From an uncultured Acidobacteriota bacterium (GTDB taxonomy: Bacteria; Acidobacteriota; Thermoanaerobaculia; Multivoradales; UBA5704), in contig OY969474.1 in assembly GCA_963700145.1 (NCBI GenBank), positions 832,001 through 896,000 of the forward strand: a stretch of 64,000 nucleotides of DNA, written 5' to 3'. Below, piece after piece: positions 42,038 to 51,400 of the stretch (positions are counted from its first letter, which is position 1; the number at the start of each line of letters is the position of its first letter). The notes beneath the pieces are model-generated. The model was not told the DNA's origin, made no database searches, and saw nothing but the letters and a program-made list of their open reading frames with translations. Made by a program: the position numbers and the translations under genes.

Positions 42038-45000
42038 CTACGCCCCGGAGGTCTTGGCGATCAACGCTTGGCTCAGAACGACGACTTCGGGGTACTTCGG
42101 CGACAGCTCGACGAGCAAGCCAAGCCAGTCCGTGACCTGGCCGGAGTCGAGCCGGCGGGCCTCGCGCAGGGCCTCAAGAGCGAGCTCGGCCTGCGAGCGG
42201 AGGGCAAGCGTGACCGCGCGATGGAACCACACCACAGCCTGCACCGCGGGCGGTACGTCGACGAACAAGCCGAGGCTGGCCAGCGCCTCGAGCGCGGCGA
42301 TCTCGTCGCGGCGGGCGAGGTTAGCCAGAAGCTCGGGAATGTGAGTCGGGTCGCCTAGGGCCGCGAATGCCGAGTCCTCTTGCCCGGAGCGAGCGAGCGC
42401 CAGCAGCGCCGCGTGCACGCCGAGGTTGGGATCGTCCGGGTGTTGCTCTTGGAGCGTGGCGAGAACGGCGGCGCCATCGCCCAGCAGCTCTTCGCGGCGC
42501 TCCGCCAGCAGGCTCCGCTTGGCCGCGAGGTCCGCGGCCATCCACTGGATCACGAGGTCTCTAGCGAGGAGCGGCCGGTAAGCCTCGTCAACGCCGTCGG
42601 CGCGGGCCTGTGCGAGAAGCTGCCGGAAGCCTTCGATCTCCGAGGGATGCCTGAAGCCGAGCGCGATCTCTTCGAGCGCCAGATCGGTCGACTCCGCCAG
42701 CAGCTCTCCGGCGTGCTCGGCGAAGAACTGCCGTGAGGCCGTGGCCGGGGAGGCCGCGAGCCACTGCTCGACCCGTTTGACATGCTCGCTTTCCAGTGCC
42801 AGCCATGCCGGCAGCGCCTCGCCGGTCGCCTCGCGCCAAGCGGCGTCGAACCAGCTCGCGCCGCGTCCGCGGAGCTGCCGAGCGGTCGCGTGCACGTCCG
42901 CAAGCAGATCGCGGCGGGCCGCCGGAGCGAGCGCGAGGGCGGCCAGCAGGTCGTCGACGGTGCGGCGGTCGTCGGGATCGCGCGTTTGGGCTTGCCGCAG
43001 CCGGAGAAATGCTTGCTGCGCGGAATTGCCCACCACCTCGATCGTGAGCCTCCATGCTTCTTCCGCGGACACCGCATCGCCAACCTCCCGGTATCGGCGA
43101 TCGAGGTTGTGGAGTGCTTTGGCCAGGCCGAGGGGAAACTCCGGGTTGGCGGCGGCGAGGTCGCGGTAGATCGCGACAGCCTCCTCAATCAGAGCAAGGG
43201 CCTCCTGGCGACGATCGCACTCGCTGTAGGTGTTGCCGAGATTGTTCAGCGCGAGGGCGAGGCGCGGCAGCAGTCCGGGGTTGACGGCGGCGAGATCGCG
43301 GTAGATCGCGACGGCCTCCTCGCTGGGAGCGAGTGCTTCCTCGTGGCGACCGAGTACGGCGTGGCCGGTGCCCAGGTTGTTCAGCGCGCGGGCGAGGTCT
43401 GGAAGGAATGCGGGGTTGGTGGCAGCGAGGTCGCGCCAGATCGCGACGGCCTCTTGGGTAGAAGCGAGAGCCTCCTGGCCGAGTTCGTCGTGGTGCCCGG
43501 CCAGATTATTCAGAGCGCTCGCGAGGTCCGGGAGGAACGCGGGATTGGCGGCGGCGAGATTGCGGTAGAGCACGACGGCCTCTTGGGTACAAGCGAAGGC
43601 CTCCTGGCGGCAGCCGAGTTGGTTGTAGCGGCCGCCCAGATTATTCAGAGCGCTCGCTAGGTCTGGAAGGAACGCGGGGTTCGTGGCAGCGAGGTCGCGG
43701 ACGAGCGCGACGGCCTGCTGAGTAGAAGCGAAGGCCTCCTGGCGGCGGCTGAGCTCGCCATAGCGGTTACCCAGGCTGTTGAGCGCGGCGGCTAGATCCG
43801 GGAGGAATGCGGGGTTACTGGCGGAGAGGTCGTGGTAGATCTGGACCGCCTCCGCGCTGGGAGCGAGTGCCTCCTGGCGGCGCCCGAGTTGGCCGTAACT
43901 GGCGCCCAGGTTGGTGAGCGCCATGGCGAAGTGGGGAAGGAACGCGGGCTCGTCGGCGTCGAGATTGGAGTAGATCGCGACAGCCTCTTGGGTAGAAGCG
44001 AGCGCCTCCTGGCGGTGGCCGAGCTCACTGTGGCGGATGCCCAGGTTGTTCAGCGCGCGGGCGAGGTCTAGGAGGAACCCGGGGTTGGTGGCGGCGAGGT
44101 CGCGGTAGATCGCGACGGCCTCCTCGGTGGGAGCGAAGGCCTCCTGGCGGCGGCCGAGTTCGCTGTGGCGGTTGCCCAGGTTGGTGAGCGTGCTGGCGAG
44201 GTCAGGAAGGAACCTGCGGTTCGTCGCGGCGAGCTCGCGGCCGATCACGAGGGCCTCCTCGGTGGGGGCGAAGGCCTCCTCGCGGCGACCAACCTCGCTG
44301 TAGCGGCCGCCCAGATTGTTCAGAGCGCTTGCTAGGTCCGGAAGGAACGCGGGGTTGGTGGTAGCGAGGTCGCGGTAGATCGCGACGGCCTCCTGAGTAG
44401 AAGCGAAGGCCTCCTGGCGGCGGCCGAGCTCGCCGTAGCGGGTGCCCAGGTTGTTGAGCGTGCCGGCGAGGTTTGGAAGGAACGCGGGGTTCGTGGCGGC
44501 GAGGTCGCGGTAGATCGCAGCGGCCTCCTCGGTCAATGGGAAGGCCTCCCATCGGCGGCCGAGCTCGCTGTAACGGCCGCCTAGGTTGTTGAGCGTGCCG
44601 GCGAGGTTTGGGAGGAACGCGGGGTTCGTGGCGGCGAGGCCGCGGTAGATCGCGACAGCCTCTTGGGTCGATGCGAAGGCCTCCTGACGCTTGCCGACCT
44701 CGCCGTAGCGGTTGCCCAGGTTGTTAAGCGCGCCCGCGAGGTTCGGGAGAAAAGCGGGGTTGGCGGCGGAGAGGGCGCGGTAGATCTCGACCGCCTCTTG
44801 GGAGGGAACGAGGGCCTCCTGCCGGTGCCCGACCTCGCTGTAGCTGGCGCCCAAGTAGTCAAGCGCGCGGCCGAGGCCGGGCAGGAAGGCGGGGGCGTCG
44901 CGGTCAGCCAGCCGGCGCACCAACTCAATGCCTGGCGCGCCGCTCTCGGCACCATGGAGCCAGGCATAACGCCAGAGGTAGGTGGTGGCGGTGGGAGGCT

Positions 45001-46981
45001 CACCCGCTTCGAGCAGGACGAGATAGTGATCGATCAGCGCCTTCGCCAGCGTTGTCGCCTTGGTTTCCTTCACAGCGTCTTCGGGTTCGGCGAATCGCGA
45101 CTGCAGATGCTCAGCCAGCCGCTGGTGGGACAGGCGATAGACGCTCCGGCCGCCTTCGCCCGCTTCGACCACGTACCGGCCGGCCAAACCGAGAAGCCAG
45201 TAAATGTCGTCACGCGTGTAGATAGTTGATGCTGGCGAGAGAGCGGTCGCCGCGATCGCCCAGAGATCGTCGGGCAAGCCGGCGCCCTTGCCCCAAGTCA
45301 GCGTCGCGAGAACTTCGAGCGCCGCCTGCGGGAGCTCGACGTCGTGCCGGCGGAGCGGCGGGATACGCGCCAGGTCGCGGTCAAACGCGTCGGCAAGGGT
45401 CCGACTGAGTTGTGTTTCCCACCCGGCGGTCTCCGTGTCGATGGGTTCGGCTCGGAGCTGAGCGGTGATGACCCTGGCGAGCAGGAAGATCCCTTCGTCC
45501 TCTTCGCTCGCCAGGCGAAGGATGGCTCTCGCGATCTCAGCCGGGTCCATGGCGGGCGGTCCGGCGGCAGCGAGGCGTTTCGCCACGTAGCCGTGCAGGT
45601 CTTCGCGAGTAGCCTCGCGGAGAGCCTCCTCGCCGAGGTCTACCACCTCGGTGGGAGCCAGGCGCTGAATCAGCGAGGCCCCTCCGTCCGGGGCCGCCAC
45701 CTCGCGCGTACCGATGAGCACTCTGGAGACGGGCGCGAGCAGACGAAGGATGTCGTCGGCGATCTGCCATGCACCGTGGCCCGCCTCGTCGAGGCCGTCG
45801 ACCACGATGAGCGGGCGGCTTCTGCTCCGCTCGATGTCGCCTAGAAGGTCTCCGCGATTGCGCGGGCCGGATGGGTTCGACGGCAGCAGGCCGATGCGCA
45901 CGAGCTGCTCGTCGATCGCTTGCACAACCTGTTCGCCGGTAAGGCCGCGCGCGTGCACGTGGGCCTGCACCGAGCCTTCGCCGGGGTCCGCGTGTTCGAG
46001 CGGGCCGTGGCTGAGGAGCAGCGCACGCTCGGCGGGGTTCGAGAGGCTTACGATCCTGCCGACCACGGCTGACTTGCCGGAGCCGGCCGGTCCCGTCACC
46101 ACCAGGATGCCGGGTTGACGCGCTTGGAGCCACGCCACGATGCATGCCAGTGGCGTCACGCGCCCCGTGAAGTAGAAACCTTCCTCCTCCGGGTCGATCC
46201 CACGCGCCGCGAGGAGCAGGTGCTCGATAACCTGCGCCAGGGCCTGGGGATCGAAGTGCGGGTTCGGGAGCATCGTCCAGGCGTTGCCCTGCTGCACAAA
46301 GACGGGTTCCTGCTCCGCATCCCACTCCTTGATCAGTGCGTCGACGAGGTCGTCGCCCCGGACGCCGGCGTTGTGGGCGCTCCAACGGAGCATGAGCTCT
46401 GGCGTGCTCGGGCCCTTCTGGAGGAGCTTGCTCAAGCGCTCGGCGAAGATGCCGTCACGGGCTCGCTCGAGCGCCTGAGCGGACGTCACTACGCCGAACC
46501 ACACCCGCTCCGCGTGGGCCGGCCACGCCGCCAGGACCGCCTCGGCGACCTCAAGCGCCGGCAGTGCGCCGCCGCCTGAGTAGCAGGTGTCGAGGATGAG
46601 CAAGATCTGGCTGGCTCCGGTGCGCGCGGCCATCCCCGCCAGCAACTCGGGCGTGAGATCCGGAGCCCCGCTGCGCGGGCTGTTCCTGGCGATCAGGCGG
46701 AGTCTTCCCTCCGGTGTCCGATCGCCGTGACCCGCCCACATGAGGATCAGAGATCCTCCCTGCAGCAGCGAGTCGTTGGGAAGGGCCTCCTCGAGCAGTG
46801 GGATCACGTCCTCTCGGCGCGGATCCGGAATGACCCGCCCTTCGTACGACAGGCTCGTAAGCACCCCGCAGACTGCCTCAACGTCGGGAACTGCACGCGG
46901 CAGCGCCTCGTAGCTGTCGTAGGTGCCGACCGCCACGCCTACGAAGAGCCGAATCGGCCGTGGCTCCGGGGCCGGCGTCAC
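42038..46981 (-). CDS. NLR-like protein: caspase (peptidase C14) - STAND NTPase - TPR array
   Basis: WAGHG and ILDTCYSG His-Cys dyad; GPAGSGKS and VVDGLDEA; YRLSHQ; 13 or more TPR units; GTGA overlap with the upstream lipase. Confidence 0.85.
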   Translation of the reverse strand: MTPAPEPRPIRLFVGVAVGTYDSYEALPRAVPDVEAVCGVLTSLSYEGRVIPDPRREDVIPLLEEALPNDSLLQGGSLILMWAGHGDRTPEGRLRLIARNSPRSGAPDLTPELLAGMAARTGASQILLILDTCYSGGGALPALEVAEAVLAAWPAHAERVWFGVVTSAQALERARDGIFAERLSKLLQKGPSTPELMLRWSAHNAGVRGDDLVDALIKEWDAEQEPVFVQQGNAWTMLPNPHFDPQALAQVIEHLLLAARGIDPEEEGFYFTGRVTPLACIVAWLQARQPGILVVTGPAGSGKSAVVGRIVSLSNPAERALLLSHGPLEHADPGEGSVQAHVHARGLTGEQVVQAIDEQLVRIGLLPSNPSGPRNRGDLLGDIERSRSRPLIVVDGLDEAGHGAWQIADDILRLLAPVSRVLIGTREVAAPDGGASLIQRLAPTEVVDLGEEALREATREDLHGYVAKRLAAAGPPAMDPAEIARAILRLASEEDEGIFLLARVITAQLRAEPIDTETAGWETQLSRTLADAFDRDLARIPPLRRHDVELPQAALEVLATLTWGKGAGLPDDLWAIAATALSPASTIYTRDDIYWLLGLAGRYVVEAGEGGRSVYRLSHQRLAEHLQSRFAEPEDAVKETKATTLAKALIDHYLVLLEAGEPPTATTYLWRYAWLHGAESGAPGIELVRRLADRDAPAFLPGLGRALDYLGASYSEVGHRQEALVPSQEAVEIYRALSAANPAFLPNLAGALNNLGNRYGEVGKRQEAFASTQEAVAIYRGLAATNPAFLPNLAGTLNNLGGRYSELGRRWEAFPLTEEAAAIYRDLAATNPAFLPNLAGTLNNLGTRYGELGRRQEAFASTQEAVAIYRDLATTNPAFLPDLASALNNLGGRYSEVGRREEAFAPTEEALVIGRELAATNRRFLPDLASTLTNLGNRHSELGRRQEAFAPTEEAVAIYRDLAATNPGFLLDLARALNNLGIRHSELGHRQEALASTQEAVAIYSNLDADEPAFLPHFAMALTNLGASYGQLGRRQEALAPSAEAVQIYHDLSASNPAFLPDLAAALNSLGNRYGELSRRQEAFASTQQAVALVRDLAATNPAFLPDLASALNNLGGRYNQLGCRQEAFACTQEAVVLYRNLAAANPAFLPDLASALNNLAGHHDELGQEALASTQEAVAIWRDLAATNPAFLPDLARALNNLGTGHAVLGRHEEALAPSEEAVAIYRDLAAVNPGLLPRLALALNNLGNTYSECDRRQEALALIEEAVAIYRDLAAANPEFPLGLAKALHNLDRRYREVGDAVSAEEAWRLTIEVVGNSAQQAFLRLRQAQTRDPDDRRTVDDLLAALALAPAARRDLLADVHATARQLRGRGASWFDAAWREATGEALPAWLALESEHVKRVEQWLAASPATASRQFFAEHAGELLAESTDLALEEIALGFRHPSEIEGFRQLLAQARADGVDEAYRPLLARDLVIQWMAADLAAKRSLLAERREELLGDGAAVLATLQEQHPDDPNLGVHAALLALARSGQEDSAFAALGDPTHIPELLANLARRDEIAALEALASLGLFVDVPPAVQAVVWFHRAVTLALRSQAELALEALREARRLDSGQVTDWLGLLVELSPKYPEVVVLSQALIAKTSGA
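43145..44893 (-). repeat. Tandem 135-bp (45-aa) TPR repeat array, 13 full units plus a partial one
   Basis: Consensus PAFLPDLAxALNNLGxRYxELGRRQEAFAxTxEAVAIYRDLAATN; unit 11 lacks two codons. Confidence 0.9.
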
Positions 46982-48390
46982 ACCGCCTCCGGATCCCAGA
47001 CCAGCACGCAGGTGGTGACCGCCTCCACCCAGCCGGCGGCCGCCTCGCCGGCGTCGACGACGATGCGGTAGGCGCCCGGCGCGAGAGGGCCGAGCGTGCC
47101 GCGCCGGACCTCGCGCTCGCGGCGCAGGCTCGCGACCTCGACCGCCCTGCCGCGCTCGTCGATCGCTCTCGCCTGGAGGCTCAGCCGCTCCTCGCGCGCC
47201 GGCAGCGCCGCGACACGCACCACCTCGCCGGCGCCGACCATCTCGTCCACCTCGACGCCCAGCTCGACGCCCGGCTCCGCCCTGCGGACCACGGGGCTCG
47301 CAGTGAGGATGCCTTCGATCTGGTCGAGGACGGCCTGGTTGCTCTGCAAGGCACCGTGCTGGTCGGCGACCCAGTGGATGCCCGGCGCGTCGGGCCGCAA
47401 CCCGCTCGGGGTCGCCGATAGGCAGGGAACGGTGGCGTCGCCGCCTTCGTCGTCGCCGGAGATCGTGCCGACGGGCTCGATCAGCTCGCCGGCGACGCGC
47501 GCGGTCGTCGCCGTCGGCTGCCGGAAACCGACGATCGGGTGCAGGTCGTAGGCGCCCGGCGGTCGCGCGACCGCCGCCTGGTCGAGCTCATCGTGGAAGC
47601 GCATGGCGTCGGCGACCATGGCAGAGTCGAGCTCGGGGAGCTCGACCTCCGTCGTCTTGCGCAGCTCCCCCGCTGACTCGACGCAGGCGTACTCGGGTAA
47701 GAGCTGGTGCAGCGCCGGCAGGCTGCGGCCGAAGGCCGTGAGGTCGAGCCGCAGCGGCCCGATCCCCTTGCGGACGCCATTCACCAACTGGCCGAGCGCG
47801 TTGAGCGCGCCGCGATAGGGCGTGCCGAGGGTGATCACTTTGCGGGTGACCTCGGCCCCGCCCTCCATCTCGATGTACCAGCGGGCGACGAGACCGCCCA
47901 TTGAATGGCAGATGAAGATCAGCTTGGCGTCGGCGAAGCGCCCGCCCTGCGACCGCCAGCGCTCGAGCACCGGTTCGATGATCTTCGTGAGGCGCCGGGC
48001 GTTGTAGCGGTTCGACAGGCGCCAGTCGTAGGGCACGGGTAGGAGGTTAGGGATGCGGTCTGGGTCACTCGGTGACGCCTCGACGAGGTGAAACCGCGAG
48101 CGAAGCCCGTCGAGGAGCTTGCTGTAGCCGAGGTTCCAGCTCCACACGCCGGGTAAGACATGTAGGTCCGGCATGAGCGCCACTGGCTCGACCCCATCGT
48201 CCGGGTGCTCGTCACCGATCCCTGCCGGCAATGCGAGTTGACGGATTGAGCTGCCGAAGGTTGCGATGGCTCGAAGCGCGGCGCCCGCGGACGGCGCCCA
48301 GACAAGCCGGCCGTCCTGAGCCAGGGTGCTGCCCAAGATGCCCGGCAGGACGACGATCACGTCGCGGAGGACGTGAGGCCCGGCAGCCAT
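46978..48390 (-). CDS. Alpha/beta-hydrolase lipase/acyltransferase (LCAT/PGAP1-like) with C-terminal beta-rich extension
   Basis: PGILGS, YDWRLS, CHSMGG nucleophile elbow, LGTPYRG, GDATVP, QHGAL; no signal peptide; GGAGGAG RBS. Confidence 0.85.
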   Translation of the reverse strand: MAAGPHVLRDVIVVLPGILGSTLAQDGRLVWAPSAGAALRAIATFGSSIRQLALPAGIGDEHPDDGVEPVALMPDLHVLPGVWSWNLGYSKLLDGLRSRFHLVEASPSDPDRIPNLLPVPYDWRLSNRYNARRLTKIIEPVLERWRSQGGRFADAKLIFICHSMGGLVARWYIEMEGGAEVTRKVITLGTPYRGALNALGQLVNGVRKGIGPLRLDLTAFGRSLPALHQLLPEYACVESAGELRKTTEVELPELDSAMVADAMRFHDELDQAAVARPPGAYDLHPIVGFRQPTATTARVAGELIEPVGTISGDDEGGDATVPCLSATPSGLRPDAPGIHWVADQHGALQSNQAVLDQIEGILTASPVVRRAEPGVELGVEVDEMVGAGEVVRVAALPAREERLSLQARAIDERGRAVEVASLRREREVRRGTLGPLAPGAYRIVVDAGEAAAGWVEAVTTCVLVWDPEAV

Positions 48391-48482
48391 CCTCTCCTCC
48401 GATGCGGCGTCGAGGCGATCCCGCTGCGCGCAGGTGTCAGTGCGATTTTACCGCTCGGCGCAGGCTTGCCCGCCCGCCCGCC

Positions 48483-51400
48483 TTAGAGCGGCAGGTGGTC
48501 CGCGTAGCAGATCCGGCTTTCGACCTGGAACCCGCCGGTCGGGGACGGGTCGGCGGGGAGCCGCTCCCACTCCTCGACGACCACCCGCCAGTCCGCGTTT
48601 TCGCCCGGGCGACGCGGCGCCAGGGCCTGGGGCAGCTCGATCTGGCCGGCCCAGGAGACGACGGTGCCGTCGATGCCGAGGATCGGCAGGTCGACCTGCG
48701 CCACCGCCTGCCAGCCGAGGTCCGTGCCCACCGCCGCAACGCGCCGCTCGAGGCGGGCGCGGACGGTGCGCGAGGCTTGCACGTGGGCGACGAACGGCGG
48801 CGAGAAGATGAGCGAGGGCAGGAAGGTCTTCGGCACCCCGACCGGCCCGGTGACGACGACCCGGACGTGGCGGTCGTCGGGCCGCGTCAGCGTCGCCGTG
48901 CGCTCCGGCGTCAGCTGCGCGAAGTCGCACACCGTGACCGCCGAGAGGTGCATCCCGGGGTTGGAGTCGGGCTGGTAGCGGGCGACCGCGAGCCGGACGA
49001 AGGGCCAGAAGGCGGTGCGCGGGTCGAAGGCGACGTCGACGAACCAGAGCCCGCGCGCCGGCGAGAACTCCGGCTCGTAGCCGAGGACCCACACCGGGGG
49101 TGAGCCGGGGATGTCGACCAGGGAGCGCGCCGCCGGCGGGCCGACGGGACGGCCCGGGACGCGGCGGTCGTCGAGCCCGGTCAAGTGCAGGACGTCGGAC
49201 AGCGGCAGCGCCGCGCGGGCGGCCGGACCCTGCTGGGCCCACACCGGATCGGACGCCCACTGGCTGGTCGACTTCACCACCTCGGCGTCGTCGCTGGAGG
49301 CCAGGAGCACGCCGAGCAGCTCGCCGTCGCCGGTCGCGTACCACGGCCGGTCGAGGTAGATCCGCACGCCGCTGCGGCGGGTGCGGCGCAGCCCGAACGG
49401 CTGCGCGGGCTCGGTCCGCTCGTCCCACAGGAACAGCGGCAGCACGTCGCGCACCGCGGCCTTGGGCGGCCGCGCGCTGCTCAGGACGTTGAGCCGGCGC
49501 ACCGGGCCGACGAGCGACAGGTCGTCCACCGACGGCGTGACCAGCGGCGAGAAGTACTCCCGGTAGCGGGTCGTCGCCCGCACCCGGTAGTCCACCGTGC
49601 GGTGCTTGGTGTCGCCCATCTGGTGCACCGCCTTGTGGAGGCGCAGCGCGCCGCCGTCGGGGAGCGGCACACTGGAGTCCGTGCCGGCGAGCACGACGAG
49701 GTCCTCGTCGTAGCCGATCTCGGTGCCGCAGGCCGCGGCCACCACGTCCACCCGCTCCGGCGCCGGCTTGGCGACGTCGTCCACCCACTCGCTCCAGGCC
49801 CCTTCGACGTCGATCCGCTCGGTGCTCGGGCCGTGGACGTCGACGCCGCCGAACAGCGTCACCGCGGTGTCGAGGTTGGCGCGGATGGGCACCAGGATGG
49901 TCGGCCGCGGCACCTCGACCGGCTTGGGCACCGCGTGCACCAGGGTCATCTCGACCGACGGCGTCAGCCACCAGAACCAGCCGTCCGCGGCCGCCTCGGC
50001 GAGGATGTTGAGCGCGCGCAGCACCGGCGGCAGCGAGCGCCACAGCCCGAGGAGATCGAGCGAGGCGCGGTCCAGGCAGGACGACAGGCGCATCCGGAGC
50101 TGCTCGCCGGGCGGCACGGTGATGCGCAGCTCGGTGCCGTCCACCACCGCCCCCAGCTCGTCGCCGGCGGCGAGGACGAGCCGGTACGGCCGCGGCTCCG
50201 GCCAGGCGCCGGGGTAGCGCAGCGTGGTGCCTTCGACGGCCAGCAGGCCGGTCAGCCGGTGGTCCTTGCCGGCGTCCGGGAAGGTCAGCGAAATGCCGGC
50301 GGCCAGCGGGTCGGGCAGGTAGGGCACCACCAGCTCGTCGACGTCGTGGGCGACGTACTGCCCCGGGGTCGGCGGCTCGCCGCGCGGCAGCTCCTCGGGC
50401 GTCGCGTGCACCGGCTCCTCCGCCGTCGGCGAGAGGTGGAGCGTGACGCCGGGCTGCGGCAGGCGCTGCCCGGGGTTCGCCAGGTCGGCCACCGTGGTGT
50501 CGAAGAACGTGCCGGCCTCGCGCAGCGCCACCGCCAGCGCGGCGCGCACCGCGGCGGCCGAGCCGGAGCCGATGGCGGCGTCGAACATGCCGTGCAGCTC
50601 CGCCTCGAGCTGGCTGGTCTTGGGCGGTGCCAGGTGCCGCTGGCTGTCCTCGCCCCAGGCGAGGTCGACGGTCGGGTGCGCGGCGATCGTCGCCGGGACG
50701 TAGACCTCCGGCGGCACGATCGTGACCTCCAGGCCGCCCTCCTCCGCCGGCCCTGCCACGCCGGAGCGGATGACCAGCCGCTGCAGCGACTCGCCCTCGC
50801 TGAAGGCGTGCCGGGGCACGATGGCCGGCTCGATCACCGGGTCCCAGCGCAGGAACGGCCGCGGCGTCGTCACCGTCTGGCCGCTCTGGGCCACGGCCTC
50901 GGCGAGCGCCAGGCCGACGAAGCCGCGCTGCGTGCGCAGGTCGGTCGCCAGCGCGCGGCCGAAGACGGGCGCGGGTGTCTGGGCGTCGGTGCGGACCAGC
51001 AGGTGCGGCGCCTCGGCCGCCGCCACGTCGAAGGCGTTCTCGATCCGCTCCCGCCGCGCCGGGCCGGCGGCGCGCACGCGGGCGGCGCGGGCCGCCACCC
51101 GCGACACCACGAGCCGGTCGACGTCGGCGACGCCGGTGGGCTCGACCTCCGCCAGGCTCAGGCCCGGCACGCCGCGCCCCTCGATGGGGCCGGCGGCGCG
51201 CGGCGGGCGCAGCGCGCGCACCTCCTGCCGCACGACGTCCAGGCCGACCCGCGCCGACTCCAAGGCGGCCGGCACCGTCGCCTCGAGCGGCTTCGCCGCC
51301 AGCGTCGTGGCGGCGAAGGCGGTGACCGATTCCTCGATCGCGGGCCCGCCGCCGCTGTCGCCGTCCGGCGCGCCGGCGACGACGTGCGGCCGACTGTTGC

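Noticed and set aside
43145-44893. Possible CRISPR array or DGR-type repeats
   Set aside because: Units are contiguous 135-bp coding repeats with no unique spacers; no cas or reverse transcriptase genes are present.
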